Positions 40,701 through 48,942 of a stretch of 64,000 nucleotides of DNA are shown one piece after another. The stretch lies in sequence record MK268344.1. One strand, 5' to 3'. A program made the position numbers and the translations under genes. Every line of letters starts with the position of its first letter. Within the stretch, counting starts at the first letter, position 1. The notes beneath the pieces were generated by a model. That model saw nothing but the letters and a program-made list of their open reading frames with translations. It ran no database searches and was not told the origin of the DNA.

Positions 40701-41738
40701 TGTACTTGGCTTGGCTTGTGCACGAATCCATGCAGAACCGTTCCAGTACATTGCAGTATTTGCATATACATTACCGGATTTAATTAGTACCACGTCACCA
40801 ACATGTGGTTCACCACTTGGGCGGTCGGATGTTTCTTCATCTTCATCTAATGCTAGACCATAAACACGTGATCCATCTTCCATCGATTTGATGTATACTT
40901 TATAGATACGGTTGTTTTCTCCGGGGTTACCAATACTAGTGAATAGTACGCGGTCACCAGCTTTTAGAACATATCCATCAATACGGATGTTATCAGCTTG
41001 GCTTTTGTTAACAATATCTTCTGGCTTTACGGAATCCGAGAGATAGTTAACCACACCACGGAACTTAGTCCCATAATCGAGTAGTTCAATATTTTTGTTA
41101 TATTCAATAATTGGTGCTTGTGCACGAGCGAAACGAGTACTTTGAGCCAATTCATCAGTTAAAATGGTTCCATCAGCAAGAGTTTGACCTACAGTGTACC
41201 AAAAGTTTTGCAATGACCAAGTATTGCCATTTAAGGCACCTCTTTCCATTACAACATAGTCTGGAGAAATACCGTATTCGTTTTGGGTGTCCCAAAGATA
41301 GGTACTAAAGTTAATTAATTTATTTGGGTTAATAGGTGGAGTCCAAGAATAAAATTTACCGTTGAATAGACGGTCTTGGTTTTCCGTTAGACAGCCGTAA
41401 TGCTCTAGATAACCAACTAGATCTTCATAAAATTGTAGACTGCGAATGCTTTGATCTTCATTGCGAGATACATACGCAGGACTTAATTGATACGCCTGTC
41501 TTTGTTCTGTTAATTCTTTAATGAAAATCTTACCGGAAGCCGCAGGGGAGCTACTATCACCGATATAGCCGTCTACGATTTCTTGTTCAGCAGGATTAAA
41601 CCACTGTTGAATAATATCATCACAAAAAGTTTGGATCTGCTCTAAGCCTTGCATCCATTCTGGAAGTCTTTTTATGAATAATTTTTTATTAACAGCTTCA
41701 GCTACTTCTGTGGGCTGGAATTTAAATTCATTAGCCAT
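31710..41738 (-). CDS. Giant virion structural protein (3342 aa), probable baseplate wedge (gp7-like position)
   Basis: Single 10 kb ORF immediately downstream of gp6-like; N-terminal YSWTPPINPNKLINFSTYLW; aromatic/N/D-rich. Confidence 0.6.
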   Translation of the reverse strand: MANEFKFQPTEVAEAVNKKLFIKRLPEWMQGLEQIQTFCDDIIQQWFNPAEQEIVDGYIGDSSSPAASGKIFIKELTEQRQAYQLSPAYVSRNEDQSIRSLQFYEDLVGYLEHYGCLTENQDRLFNGKFYSWTPPINPNKLINFSTYLWDTQNEYGISPDYVVMERGALNGNTWSLQNFWYTVGQTLADGTILTDELAQSTRFARAQAPIIEYNKNIELLDYGTKFRGVVNYLSDSVKPEDIVNKSQADNIRIDGYVLKAGDRVLFTSIGNPGENNRIYKVYIKSMEDGSRVYGLALDEDEETSDRPSGEPHVGDVVLIKSGNVYANTAMYWNGSAWIRAQAKPSTNTFPLFQLYDRNGVKLSDGQIYPSSNFKGSSLFGLKVNFDYNYSSIYDTNVELSSYNYYVFENFLQSIRYEFDKLGVTTEIQGLYYYNVINEVDGEIVGTLKTDWVRSKENSKQYVFQVPEVTKTAMYRVFDTVDEMENFESPLENMFAYVRSVDATYRYYKAENSTFMDWHRTNEQAASYDVYNHKYEVAQKINPNNPNETIEIDINGVKTENYTVQLNTDGMIDYVTIDNEVDIDEDTVICIRTYSKEVTPDFNLGSYEIPINLKNNPYNENIKYIHQGDYTPHFREIVRKNITKGTVDDFNNYEERLEAGLVDNSVGTQIIQNEASMLPLMLNTANEDIDLFEAFMFLQSEYFRFLNKFNTQMVNMYNDDKAAFLANSASNIVDAIFSTINVGKNNTFPFFLDAVGSSVGTNRTFIPPTPQFMGILKAYTPQKATYIYAGKELGCYNVSHTGIISKAYKVINGIDKMDDVIYELENRIFNSIDNSFKVVDYEPPMDASDLFPTPFNPNTDYDSSEYNTLLLRGYINFIATNGISNSTNNYDQSNWMTWNYTGTTYVVDGKVTDYPARGSWRGIYTDMYGTYRPATHPWEMFGFAQRPAWWNQEYEPTIVRIGDGATDFVTVYTAEVVDENGDLVPSGLWDVGSIKGDASTGTILFGSRAGQYDKYKRCGKQPFKLTPNGQTSSGETIYDFELIAPEVLGLVSGALNHRSEPWAYGDMGDMEFTYMNTGMFPYDQALLLYRAKPAQFANYFYDTRGSTLKKVVTDDYQFLYGDTNKRLNFNSQTLVNGENNNRVLGYQMAITDNLLYQNKNITTKYGDVLRSSYINIGHKLGGFTKQDQLSFYSESFGLISTESQHIGLVRSSAIRNEVLSAVKITWNGSAYQIDGYDLVGAKFTVQMPNKNGKKVTTQVGNRSVVTYVEYLKETKEYEYGTVFNSFQEVYTFLCSYGQYLESKGWIFEDQNEDGVIQDWEQIGKDFLAWSQEALSRGEYISVSPSTASAKFGSEFGSVQSVTQFNGGVWSLLDDENSGIRPYEIETTRLGSVFTVRVSDDIDKRMALIRLSLVSYEHAVVFDDVTIFGDSIYIPVYGSVQELIRMYGYVTGNWNGRLEAPGFIVLEAGTLPDFETLVTDFHRYYDLDDPVSNVSLRDLGRHLIGYQSREYLLQMITSEPARVNFYKGYIRDKGSNQVLERVLRVSKSYNTDEYKALQEWAFKIGVYGNIYGTKSLQFQLVNNEFKQQPQLVTFDVNATENMGDNNIVYFGKQGDDSRWITRPKGIISFPTRSGRSENINLPDIGPVTLDEIDYVTRDYETAYADRLAYMAKTGEVPNSVWMFHDMTDTWNIFNLVSTSVKLVAIEAIESENGLPTTHCKLILSAAHGMKDGDYFYFVDETNFMPDLLASEMQYFNAGTAANELIVPVDISIDMTFSAPQPVLYRYVSRFANTSAKNDYINKKYSYNAPETKLFDKATTYNSQTNITELYINIYDPINGVLPGPAMTNVSFIGSHDPALYNSNGEEEMAWASDKVGTVWWDTREAYFLDYTRPIYDKNGNVDNTATLEYKRVNWGKLLPHSEINIYEWVCSPVEPFDWERYCDEQSKLNKTENSYVPSGEAIEENYCQFVEYDTVTQSYMNKYYFWVKNSIYVPQVKNRDKSCQEIARIIKNPLTLSTPWYSPISETSFIMSDMQYEVTDDKSILTITYKEDHDDVVKHEQYQLCKEGDNYNFNPSIWNSLWNSLMGQEPLSNGKVQELHYPESELGLGSSKVWFKDIIEARRTFVDAANDVYRHLNITTNTVVMNDVFNVKTTEVNPNEVGFKVLTFNNELVIATNEDKFLENDAVLVSSNGTLPSPLTSTNVYFVHYDENGYIRLMNNPSTSGTAVTITLENKGEGQQSMIKQSDYIESLGTSLDMTQYWKLADWYDVGYNEDTEYTAEASLEVANSKNYQVGDIIRVTDADGVWTLYRRDSSRNLLIWTAIGRQNSTVELNNQLYNNYTQYKEDGSLSNVEINVRKALALLKNSFDGYQSQIVFDMVKYVHVEQTVVDWVFKTSYIYIVGLDQSLKQNYSNSEDLIGQIVTYFEEVKPYRTKIRSQIEQKTSDSDEINGLLNDLDPNGYIYRDGQWVKSQADIWDYEYAQYNTTTNKWEVKGSLPSDFELPNRRFQEIDIMMHYDNVQCVPDENMPNVNVLENVNNSYQSNEQDFLTKGSHYKLQRYVYTQPEADIALIQIKIGTELMKKYPSFDIGLGFETGVDMMYMKLNADVPATEQFTKDLLEITTNVLANDESTTTMQQYRMYNTLSNRLKLYTNLDVDSIEEQVDCPFKGVAIDDNPNTRLPFGFAGSNGENFGYIMHSRDLFETIVDLVKEEHPNYTHDEIYFYLQYEYGLYCWNELTSPDEDGNQEDSFYRDALYVLTAMRNSYDPDSADHYEFAKAILDNRDIDAYCMVMAPRKLVQVRNDAGQYFDVPFDQSLDDFMEEEFIVRQNNVYVAEINLDDLPVDENNPLYSDYQKLMTSSNDKSYYDDMNAFDNLAFESQTKRIELNAKDTVTPTQDSYFIDISDLNPNKQDMSQIRFTVDGYSYDEENMPQLKNQGNFQVEGYITLNPYNKAEALVSIPRYDEAIALMDRTQIYHNEVKYSSHVYDVINVNGRVRLDSNHGLKVGDSVAVFTPEGEDYAANAVDGSFVTILTASNIRTGNRPRVFTVSAVNGDVVTVAGLVFSNTYTHASTDWLRGAPYTSINIVRVTSFNDAEFKTSKYVKYSADRSYAVDAMDYDVFYDVMLDGGSYDDGYDIDDYDVWYISNEVFEENGVEIDHGYYQPIYGEGVLSELVRSKLEDSLQIYVYEYNTSTIKPVFVPPVGDEDEGHWTYGLPLVDNVFIQTNSRCTVIVNDSIENITYVSQPKAVGQVSITGNVVNGVSSSEGDIVSLNSELLLIRRNGNAVRGYKGSAEIYYPTPITDVGINLGKEDKLYMYANNYPVIPLSTFSSSLQVSGTLLSSLLK

Positions 41739-41791
41739 TTATATCTCCGTAAAATTCATTTCATCATTTGGTTTATTTATAAAAAAATAAA

Positions 41792-41807
41792 GGCATCCGA
41801 AGATGCC
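41792..41807 (-). terminator. Terminator with a cUUCGg loop
   Basis: Minus strand reads ggcatc-ttcg-gatgcc-tttatttttt. Confidence 0.8.
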
Positions 41808-41813
41808 CTTAAA

Positions 41814-44800
41814 TTAGTTACCAATATTGATGTTACTCTTAGCTAGTGAGCTAATAATTGATACATTATCAACCGTCGCAGTACTAACAAAGAGTTGATC
41901 TGGTAAGCATGGGATTTCAAATAATTCACCAAACTTACTATTAGGGTTGTTAGGAACTAACACAACAGTACTGATTTCAGTACTCAATTGCATATGAATA
42001 TATGCACATAATTCAGTAAAGAAGAATGTATCACCAAAGTTCCAGTTCTCAACTTTAAAGAAGTCGTTGGTAATACTTATTACTCGTTGACGAATTTCAT
42101 CATCACTTAAAGTACTGTTTGGAACCTTAACAACTTTGATATCAGCTTGATATGCTGGATCTGCACTATTTCCAAATAGCGGTACATAGTTGGCACTGTG
42201 CCAAATAATACTATCACTGATTACAATCTTAGCTTCAACATCCTTAAACATATCTTTTAGTTCAACACTTGTTGGTGGTTTAGGGAAAATACCCTGTGCA
42301 CCATTTTTAATCCACAAATCAATATTAGATTTATATGAATTGGTTAGAACATACATGTCAATTAAGTTAGTTTTACTTGGGTCAATACGATTATCGTCTG
42401 GTGCATAGTGTTTCCAGTGGAACATAATTCCAGTACGAGCATTTGATACGAAATAATATTGACTAGTCACATCTTTATATCCATAGAACGAAAGTTTCTT
42501 GTTATCGTCAACATTATTTTTACCTTCATTCATGATAGCACGATAAAATGCAAGTTCTGGTGTCATTTCTATTGTATCATCTGGATCTGATAGATTTGCA
42601 AGCAATGTGTTCAAGCGGTCATTATTATTTCCAACAGTTTGTTCAATAAAATAAGATTTACCATTATATTTGAAACCAATTGTAAATCCAGAACCTTTAC
42701 CAAATAAATCACTTAACGATGTACTTCTAATTTGCACGTTTCTAAGAAATTCTTGTCGTTTGTATGTGTTTACTTCAGCCTGTGCATCAGATTCAGTATA
42801 ATTCCATGTGGTATCGAGTAATGTGAATGATGAAGAAGGTAAATTTAATATATCAATTGTAAAATCTTCATTTTCACGGAATACTAACACTCCACCAAAT
42901 TTTACTGCATCTTCACCAGTGAAATTAGGTACAACTGAAGAAAATTGATTCGGTTCCAAAGGAATTCCATTACTATCAATGTCAGTACTAGTAATAATTA
43001 CACGAGACCCGTCTAAATAGCCATTTTCCTGTTGGATAGTATCTAGAATTTGGAAATCAACTGACCTTCCTATACCTAAATTACTGTCAGGGGTACTGTT
43101 ACATGGTAAAATATTAATTTTATCTGATTGAACAGTACCAGTACTAATATCTGAAATCTTTTTAGTACTTACAAAGTAGAATTTAACTTTATCTCCACCA
43201 ACAAACACGTAGTTTATACCATATCCGTCAAATTCCCATGATTCAGCCGTGTATTGTACGCGAACTAATATTGGATATATTACATTGTTATATTGTATTG
43301 TATCATCACCAGTACTACCTTCAATTGGAATCCATGAAAGTGTTGCCGTATCGTAAATGATTACGAAATCAGTTTTCTTACTCATCATTGCTGAAATAGC
43401 TTGCAATTCAACAGTATTAAACTGCACACGATATGGTTTAATGTAAGAATAGATTGTCATTTCAGGTGGAATAGGTTGTGATAGTACATAATAACCATCA
43501 TCAGTTCTACCAATAATACTCGTCCAGTTTCCAGATGAAGTATTACTTCTAAAATTAATTAATGTACCAACTTCAAAAGTGGTTTTTGATTCATCGTTGA
43601 CGACAATTCTACCATATGTATTTTTGGAATACAACGAATTATATTCAGGTCTCCAGTATTCATTATCTGTTGGATAAACAGTGTTTGCATCCCATTCTTG
43701 GAATGTTTGGATGACAGATGTTTGACCGATGATAGGTTGAATAGAATCAACAATAATGGTTTCATTTGATTTAGTTGTTGGGAGTAAAACACCATTTCTA
43801 ATAGTGGTTTTTTCACGATACATCGCACCATCATCTGCGAACACATCTGTATTTTGATATTTCCCGGTTGGGTCATTAATATCAATAAATCTCGACTGAC
43901 CAGAGTAAATGCGGTTAATTGCTTTAGCTTTTAGTACTGTATTACCCAACATCAAAGGTGCAATATTATAATCTTCACCATTCACGAATCGGTTTTGAGT
44001 ATAATACATTTGTGGAGCACGATCTTTTATTTGTTCAATAGTTTCTGCACTTTGTGCTAGACCAGTTTCATATTGCAATGAAAATTTAATATCTAGTGTA
44101 CTATTTTCATAATCGGTTTGTGATTTAGTACGGTAAACGTATTTGATACCTTTGTTTTGAATATCAGATGTTTTAATTGTATATGTTTCACCATTACTAA
44201 CACGATACCACATACGGAATGTACCACGTGGAACAACACCACTACGTTGATCCGGGAATTTAATACTAATTTGGTCATTATCACGAGTTGTTACTGAGAA
44301 AATAGTTTTTAACTGTCTTTGTACTGAGTTATATGCAATTGATTCCATTGAAGGAACTTTTGTCCATTTTGTACGTACAATACCATCTTCGTTAATTTCC
44401 TGTACCCAAACATCGGTTTCGTTAATGTTGTTTGTGTTAATATCCTGAATACGGTTCTCAATACGAACATCATATTGATAATCTGTGTATGATAACGTAC
44501 CCTGTTTGAAATAAACAAAGAAACCAGTGTTAGGTGAAGCAAATCCATTACCGTCATTACGATATATAATGAATTTTTGTTCTTGTGGTTCTGGATGACG
44601 TTCATCAGCACCGATACTATTAATGTCAGGGTTAACGACTTCAAATGTAGTTGATGTACCATTAATTACCGCAGTAAATGGAATACTAGGAGCACTCATT
44701 GGAAGAGTATTCATGCGATATAGTTGGTTGGATACACCATTAATAGAATTCTTTTTAACTGGATTGCCAAATTGGTTGGAAGAAATGAACGCACTGTTCA

Positions 44801-45278
44801 TTACTAGAATAAAGTTTTCATACCAGTTATTATCCGCTGGGTCATTCCAACGAATTGTTTTATTTTTAAGAGATTCGTTGTAACTGTTACGAATATCTTG
44901 GTTAGTTTTAATTTCAGTTAACTTAGCTAGGCCACGACCCGGATAAGCACGTTTTGGTGCATAAGAAATCATCTTAGCAAGTTTAAGTACGGAAGCTCTA
45001 CGTTCAGCCGTATCTAAAAAGTTTTCACGACTGTTTAAATCCATACGGAATGCCAAGTTCTGGCCTAGCATGGAGATTGTATCTAGAATAAAGATAAATT
45101 CAGAGTTTTCAATCCAGTCATTAAATGAATCAGGATAGGTAAGACGCAAGTAGTTAATCATACTCTCACGAATTGTGTCAAAATCATACGCAGTTAGGTT
45201 GATCTTGAAGAAACTTTCGTATACCTGTTTCCAGTTCTCCGCAGCGTATAGATTAGATTGTCGTTTTTGTTGTGTCAT
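41814..45278 (-). CDS. gp6: Baseplate wedge protein (T4 gp6-like), 1154 aa
   Basis: AYDFDTIRESMINYL, ENFLDTAERRASVLKLAKMISY, ETIEQIKDRAP..Y.TQNR and NWNFGDTF motifs. Confidence 0.85.
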   Translation of the reverse strand: MTQQKRQSNLYAAENWKQVYESFFKINLTAYDFDTIRESMINYLRLTYPDSFNDWIENSEFIFILDTISMLGQNLAFRMDLNSRENFLDTAERRASVLKLAKMISYAPKRAYPGRGLAKLTEIKTNQDIRNSYNESLKNKTIRWNDPADNNWYENFILVMNSAFISSNQFGNPVKKNSINGVSNQLYRMNTLPMSAPSIPFTAVINGTSTTFEVVNPDINSIGADERHPEPQEQKFIIYRNDGNGFASPNTGFFVYFKQGTLSYTDYQYDVRIENRIQDINTNNINETDVWVQEINEDGIVRTKWTKVPSMESIAYNSVQRQLKTIFSVTTRDNDQISIKFPDQRSGVVPRGTFRMWYRVSNGETYTIKTSDIQNKGIKYVYRTKSQTDYENSTLDIKFSLQYETGLAQSAETIEQIKDRAPQMYYTQNRFVNGEDYNIAPLMLGNTVLKAKAINRIYSGQSRFIDINDPTGKYQNTDVFADDGAMYREKTTIRNGVLLPTTKSNETIIVDSIQPIIGQTSVIQTFQEWDANTVYPTDNEYWRPEYNSLYSKNTYGRIVVNDESKTTFEVGTLINFRSNTSSGNWTSIIGRTDDGYYVLSQPIPPEMTIYSYIKPYRVQFNTVELQAISAMMSKKTDFVIIYDTATLSWIPIEGSTGDDTIQYNNVIYPILVRVQYTAESWEFDGYGINYVFVGGDKVKFYFVSTKKISDISTGTVQSDKINILPCNSTPDSNLGIGRSVDFQILDTIQQENGYLDGSRVIITSTDIDSNGIPLEPNQFSSVVPNFTGEDAVKFGGVLVFRENEDFTIDILNLPSSSFTLLDTTWNYTESDAQAEVNTYKRQEFLRNVQIRSTSLSDLFGKGSGFTIGFKYNGKSYFIEQTVGNNNDRLNTLLANLSDPDDTIEMTPELAFYRAIMNEGKNNVDDNKKLSFYGYKDVTSQYYFVSNARTGIMFHWKHYAPDDNRIDPSKTNLIDMYVLTNSYKSNIDLWIKNGAQGIFPKPPTSVELKDMFKDVEAKIVISDSIIWHSANYVPLFGNSADPAYQADIKVVKVPNSTLSDDEIRQRVISITNDFFKVENWNFGDTFFFTELCAYIHMQLSTEISTVVLVPNNPNSKFGELFEIPCLPDQLFVSTATVDNVSIISSLAKSNINIGN

Positions 45279-45324
45279 ATCGTTATACCTCGAATATTAG
45301 TATAGAAATATTTATCAAAAAGAA

Positions 45325-45344
45325 AGGCACCCCGAAGGATGCCT
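45325..45344 (-). terminator. Terminator with a UUCG loop
   Basis: Minus strand reads aggcatcc-ttcg-gggtgcct-ttctttt. Confidence 0.75.
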
Positions 45345-45348
45345 AATA

Positions 45349-45741
45349 TTAAAAGTTTGATGCGATCGCTATCATTTTTTCGTTAGTTCGTCTGTCAAAT
45401 ACAATCTGCAAATCTTCAACTGTTTCCAATTCAACATAGTGCAGAGAAATATCAATAATATATCCATATTCTGTATTTGAAACTTCTAAGTACTCAAGTT
45501 CAACACGAGGTTCTTGGGCGATTATACGTCTAGCGTCATCATCTAGTGCTTGTTTTACACTTGGTTCGTCTAATTCGAAAACTAGATCCCATCCAATGAA
45601 TCCGTACTCAGCATCGAATGCCCTTTCACCCTTACGAGTATTGAAATGATTAAGTAAATCTTGTTTTACAAGTTCTTCATCATATAGTACTTTAGTTCGA
45701 CCAACAACAGGAGATGAAAACCCTTTGAATATAACTGCCAT
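45349..45741 (-). CDS. gp25: Baseplate wedge subunit (T4 gp25-like)
   Basis: FKGFS, LLNHFNTRKGER...YG, and IIAQEPRV motifs. Confidence 0.85.
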   Translation of the reverse strand: MAVIFKGFSSPVVGRTKVLYDEELVKQDLLNHFNTRKGERAFDAEYGFIGWDLVFELDEPSVKQALDDDARRIIAQEPRVELEYLEVSNTEYGYIIDISLHYVELETVEDLQIVFDRRTNEKMIAIASNF

Positions 45742-45750
45742 TTATTATCC

Positions 45751-46239
45751 TTACTGTAAAGACTCTACAATACGAGCTAGTTTCTCGGCACGTGAAGTAG
45801 TTTGTCTGTACCACTTAGAATCACGCATTTCTTTACCAGCAGTTCGGTAATCACCTTTCCCCATTGCAATTAATGCTTTGCGGAAGTTGAGTACAGAAGG
45901 TTTACCCATTTGGAAAACCATCTGCCATAGAACACGTTGTAATTCAACTGGCCCAGACATTTTATATTGTTCGTAAATTGATTTAGCATCGTTGTATGCA
46001 TTACGAGCATCTTTAAGTAGCAAAGCGTCTGCCTCAGCTTCGGTTAGACCATTTGAGAAGTTTTCACCCGGACGAATTAAGTGTCCGTAGCCGATTGTTG
46101 GTAGTCCTAAGCTATCTTTATATGTCCAGAACTTGCCATTCTTGAACATGCCTTTAGCGGTTTGAAACTCTTTCGATCCTTCATAGATTTTTACATCACT
46201 GAAAAATTGAGCGTCATCTGCGGTTAAAGTCCAACTCAT
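45751..46239 (-). CDS. T4-type (GH24) lysozyme
   Basis: YEG...YKDSLGLPTIGYGHLI catalytic E/D/T motif; SKWYRQTTSRA; MVFQMG. Confidence 0.85.
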   Translation of the reverse strand: MSWTLTADDAQFFSDVKIYEGSKEFQTAKGMFKNGKFWTYKDSLGLPTIGYGHLIRPGENFSNGLTEAEADALLLKDARNAYNDAKSIYEQYKMSGPVELQRVLWQMVFQMGKPSVLNFRKALIAMGKGDYRTAGKEMRDSKWYRQTTSRAEKLARIVESLQ

Positions 46240-46272
46240 ACTTATTCTCCTTTATTTAGTCGCCTAAATTAT

Positions 46273-48942
46273 TTATTGACAAGCCTCCATATATAGAGCC
46301 ATTGTCTCAGCACGACGAGTTGTTTGTCTGTACCATAGAGAATCACGTATATGATGTGCTGCTAACTTATAATTACCTTGTTGCAATGCTTTGAACATAC
46401 CTTTAAATTTACCAAGTGCTCCTGCACCCATTTGATATGCCATTTCAACTAAAACGATCTGACACAAATAAGGTGTTTGTAAACTATATTGTGCATATAA
46501 TCTTTTAGCACCATCAACTGAACGTTGTAAATCTTTAATTAATATTTGCTTCGCTTGTTCTGGTGTGATACCATTATTGAATACACCACTAGCACGTTCA
46601 CTGGCGGTTACCAAGTGACCATATCCAATGTCCTGTCCTTTAACTGGATCTGGGAAGACCCAGAATTTACCATTACGGAAGTGTCCTACTTTAGTTTGGT
46701 ACGCAATAGTACCTTCAAAGTTAATGGTATCGTTAACAAGTTTTTCATCAGTTGCTAGTACTTTCCATCCTACCGCAGTTTTATCAACAGGGCCAAGTGA
46801 AATAGCAGGTGTATCATCATTAACCGAAACTTGTCGTTTTGCGGTTTTTCTACGCGGAACATGTCGAGAACCACGTTGTGAATATCCACTGCCAATACTC
46901 TTAACTTTAGTCATTACAACTAATTCATCACTGTTTTCCGAATAGGTTGTTGCATCCATTTGTGGAGCATTAGGGTTACTAGGTTGACCACCAGTTAATC
47001 CTTTATTTGCTGCATCTGCACCTTCACCCGTTACAGTTGCGTAGAATTTACCCGGATCAACAGTTCCACTGAAACCATATAGATTTGCAGATACACGGCG
47101 AATTTCAAATTGGATAACACCTTTACCAGTACCGATAACATCACCTTTCTGTACTCTAACACCATTACGTACACTAACATTCAATCCATAGAATACTGAC
47201 TTATAACCTGTCATGTGAGCTACTACCACACCATCCGTACCAATTGTAGTTATAGTACCAAAATCTGGTGCTACCACTTCACCTTTAGTTTGAATTGTCC
47301 AACCATACCTATCAGCGGTTTTACCTTCTTGTGTTGGAACACTCTTACCCCAATATCCAAATTCACGAATAGTACCAGTACAAGGCATAAACATATACAA
47401 TCCTTCGAAAGTTTGTGTATATGTCATACTGTCACTAGAATATAGTAAATCTTGAGTTACAACTTGAGAAACTTCTTGAGTACTGTTAATGTACTGAACA
47501 GCTTCGTATTCAGCTTCTTCCGGTATCACTGGTTCAACATCATTAGCGGGTTGTGCGGGTTGTGCTTGTGATGCACTACTTGATCCGCCACCACCTTGAG
47601 GTGGTTTCATTGCATCACTGTGATTTTCTGCGTTAGAGAACTGTGCGTGATAGTGAATGTGATCATTTAATCCAACTTGTGGTGATTTAAAATCTGGAGC
47701 ACCCATAACGGCAGTGCTTGCAGTACTTCCACTTTTGACAGTTAAGCTATTACCACCACCCGATAAGTTTACAACACTACCTGAAATATCAACGTTAGAT
47801 CCAGCAGTGATTGCAGTATTACTTCCAGAAGTAATATCCACACTAGAACCAGCTTGTGCACGTAATGAAGAACCAGCAACTATGCGAATATCTGCACCGC
47901 CATTAATTACTACTTGTCCACCAATTTTACTATCTAATGAACCGACTAAATTCAATTTAGTATTTCCGGCAACACTACATTGCATATCAGCACCAGCTTG
48001 TAAGTTAATATTACGTCCAGCTACCAAGTTAATATCTAAACCCATCCGAGCATTTAGACTTTTATCCCCATGTATCATAATATCACCGTCAGGTGTCATT
48101 TCAATACGAGCAGTACCATCTCGGTTGATGATAAAAACAGAACCAGTAGCTTCTGAAAGAAGTAGTTGTGCACCACTACGAGTTCGTAGTACAATACCTT
48201 CGTTTTTACGAGTTCCTATAGCAGTATCGTTTACCGGGTTGTTAACTTGTGTATCTTGATACCCATCTGGATCTTGGTTCCAGTTTTGTTTGTTTAATTC
48301 CGCTTCGGTATATCCATCATCAAGAACAAAACTATTTCCACGTGGGGTACTCATTCCATATACTGTACTAGTTAATGTTCTAGTACTAGAACGGTTTGCC
48401 GCACCTTTTTCCTCATCATATAGTAGGTTTTGTTTTTTGAGACCTTCGATTGTAGGCACGTTTGGATATTTCTCTTGAATGTTGGTTTGGATTGTGTTAC
48501 GATCATAATCAGTTACTGGTACTGGCATATCATAACCACTATTTGGTAAGTTTTCGGTTGCCATGCCCGGAACCATTGTATTCATACGGTCATCGTAAAC
48601 ACATCCAATCCAATATGCATCAAACTGACGACCTTGAATGAAAATTACGGCGACTGTACAACCAACATCTGGCGGTACAGCCCAAAATCCATAACCTTTT
48701 GGATATTGTTGGTATGAGTTAGCTCCCGGTACTCCGGGAGTTCTACCTGCAAATGGAGAAAGGTAAGATGCCTCTATCCACGATTCTTTGGAATCACGAT
48801 CACTTTGTGAACCTTGAATCCAAACTTTTAATTTACCCGAATGTGTAGGGTCTCGGTTATCCATAACTGTTGCAAGTTGTGGAAAATTAGGATTAAATCT
48901 TGTTAATTGATCCTGTGCGAACTGTTTACTAGTATCAGCCAT
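46273..48942 (-). CDS. Baseplate central spike / hub protein (gp5-like) with M23-like and lysozyme domains
   Basis: N-terminal OB-fold (DPTHSGKLKVWI, GFWAVPPDVG), beta-helix repeats, DHIHYH tip motif, M23-like beta segment and C-terminal GH24 domain. Start probably at MADTSK (48942, ATGGCTGA overlap). Confidence 0.75.
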   Translation of the reverse strand: MADTSKQFAQDQLTRFNPNFPQLATVMDNRDPTHSGKLKVWIQGSQSDRDSKESWIEASYLSPFAGRTPGVPGANSYQQYPKGYGFWAVPPDVGCTVAVIFIQGRQFDAYWIGCVYDDRMNTMVPGMATENLPNSGYDMPVPVTDYDRNTIQTNIQEKYPNVPTIEGLKKQNLLYDEEKGAANRSSTRTLTSTVYGMSTPRGNSFVLDDGYTEAELNKQNWNQDPDGYQDTQVNNPVNDTAIGTRKNEGIVLRTRSGAQLLLSEATGSVFIINRDGTARIEMTPDGDIMIHGDKSLNARMGLDINLVAGRNINLQAGADMQCSVAGNTKLNLVGSLDSKIGGQVVINGGADIRIVAGSSLRAQAGSSVDITSGSNTAITAGSNVDISGSVVNLSGGGNSLTVKSGSTASTAVMGAPDFKSPQVGLNDHIHYHAQFSNAENHSDAMKPPQGGGGSSSASQAQPAQPANDVEPVIPEEAEYEAVQYINSTQEVSQVVTQDLLYSSDSMTYTQTFEGLYMFMPCTGTIREFGYWGKSVPTQEGKTADRYGWTIQTKGEVVAPDFGTITTIGTDGVVVAHMTGYKSVFYGLNVSVRNGVRVQKGDVIGTGKGVIQFEIRRVSANLYGFSGTVDPGKFYATVTGEGADAANKGLTGGQPSNPNAPQMDATTYSENSDELVVMTKVKSIGSGYSQRGSRHVPRRKTAKRQVSVNDDTPAISLGPVDKTAVGWKVLATDEKLVNDTINFEGTIAYQTKVGHFRNGKFWVFPDPVKGQDIGYGHLVTASERASGVFNNGITPEQAKQILIKDLQRSVDGAKRLYAQYSLQTPYLCQIVLVEMAYQMGAGALGKFKGMFKALQQGNYKLAAHHIRDSLWYRQTTRRAETMALYMEACQ

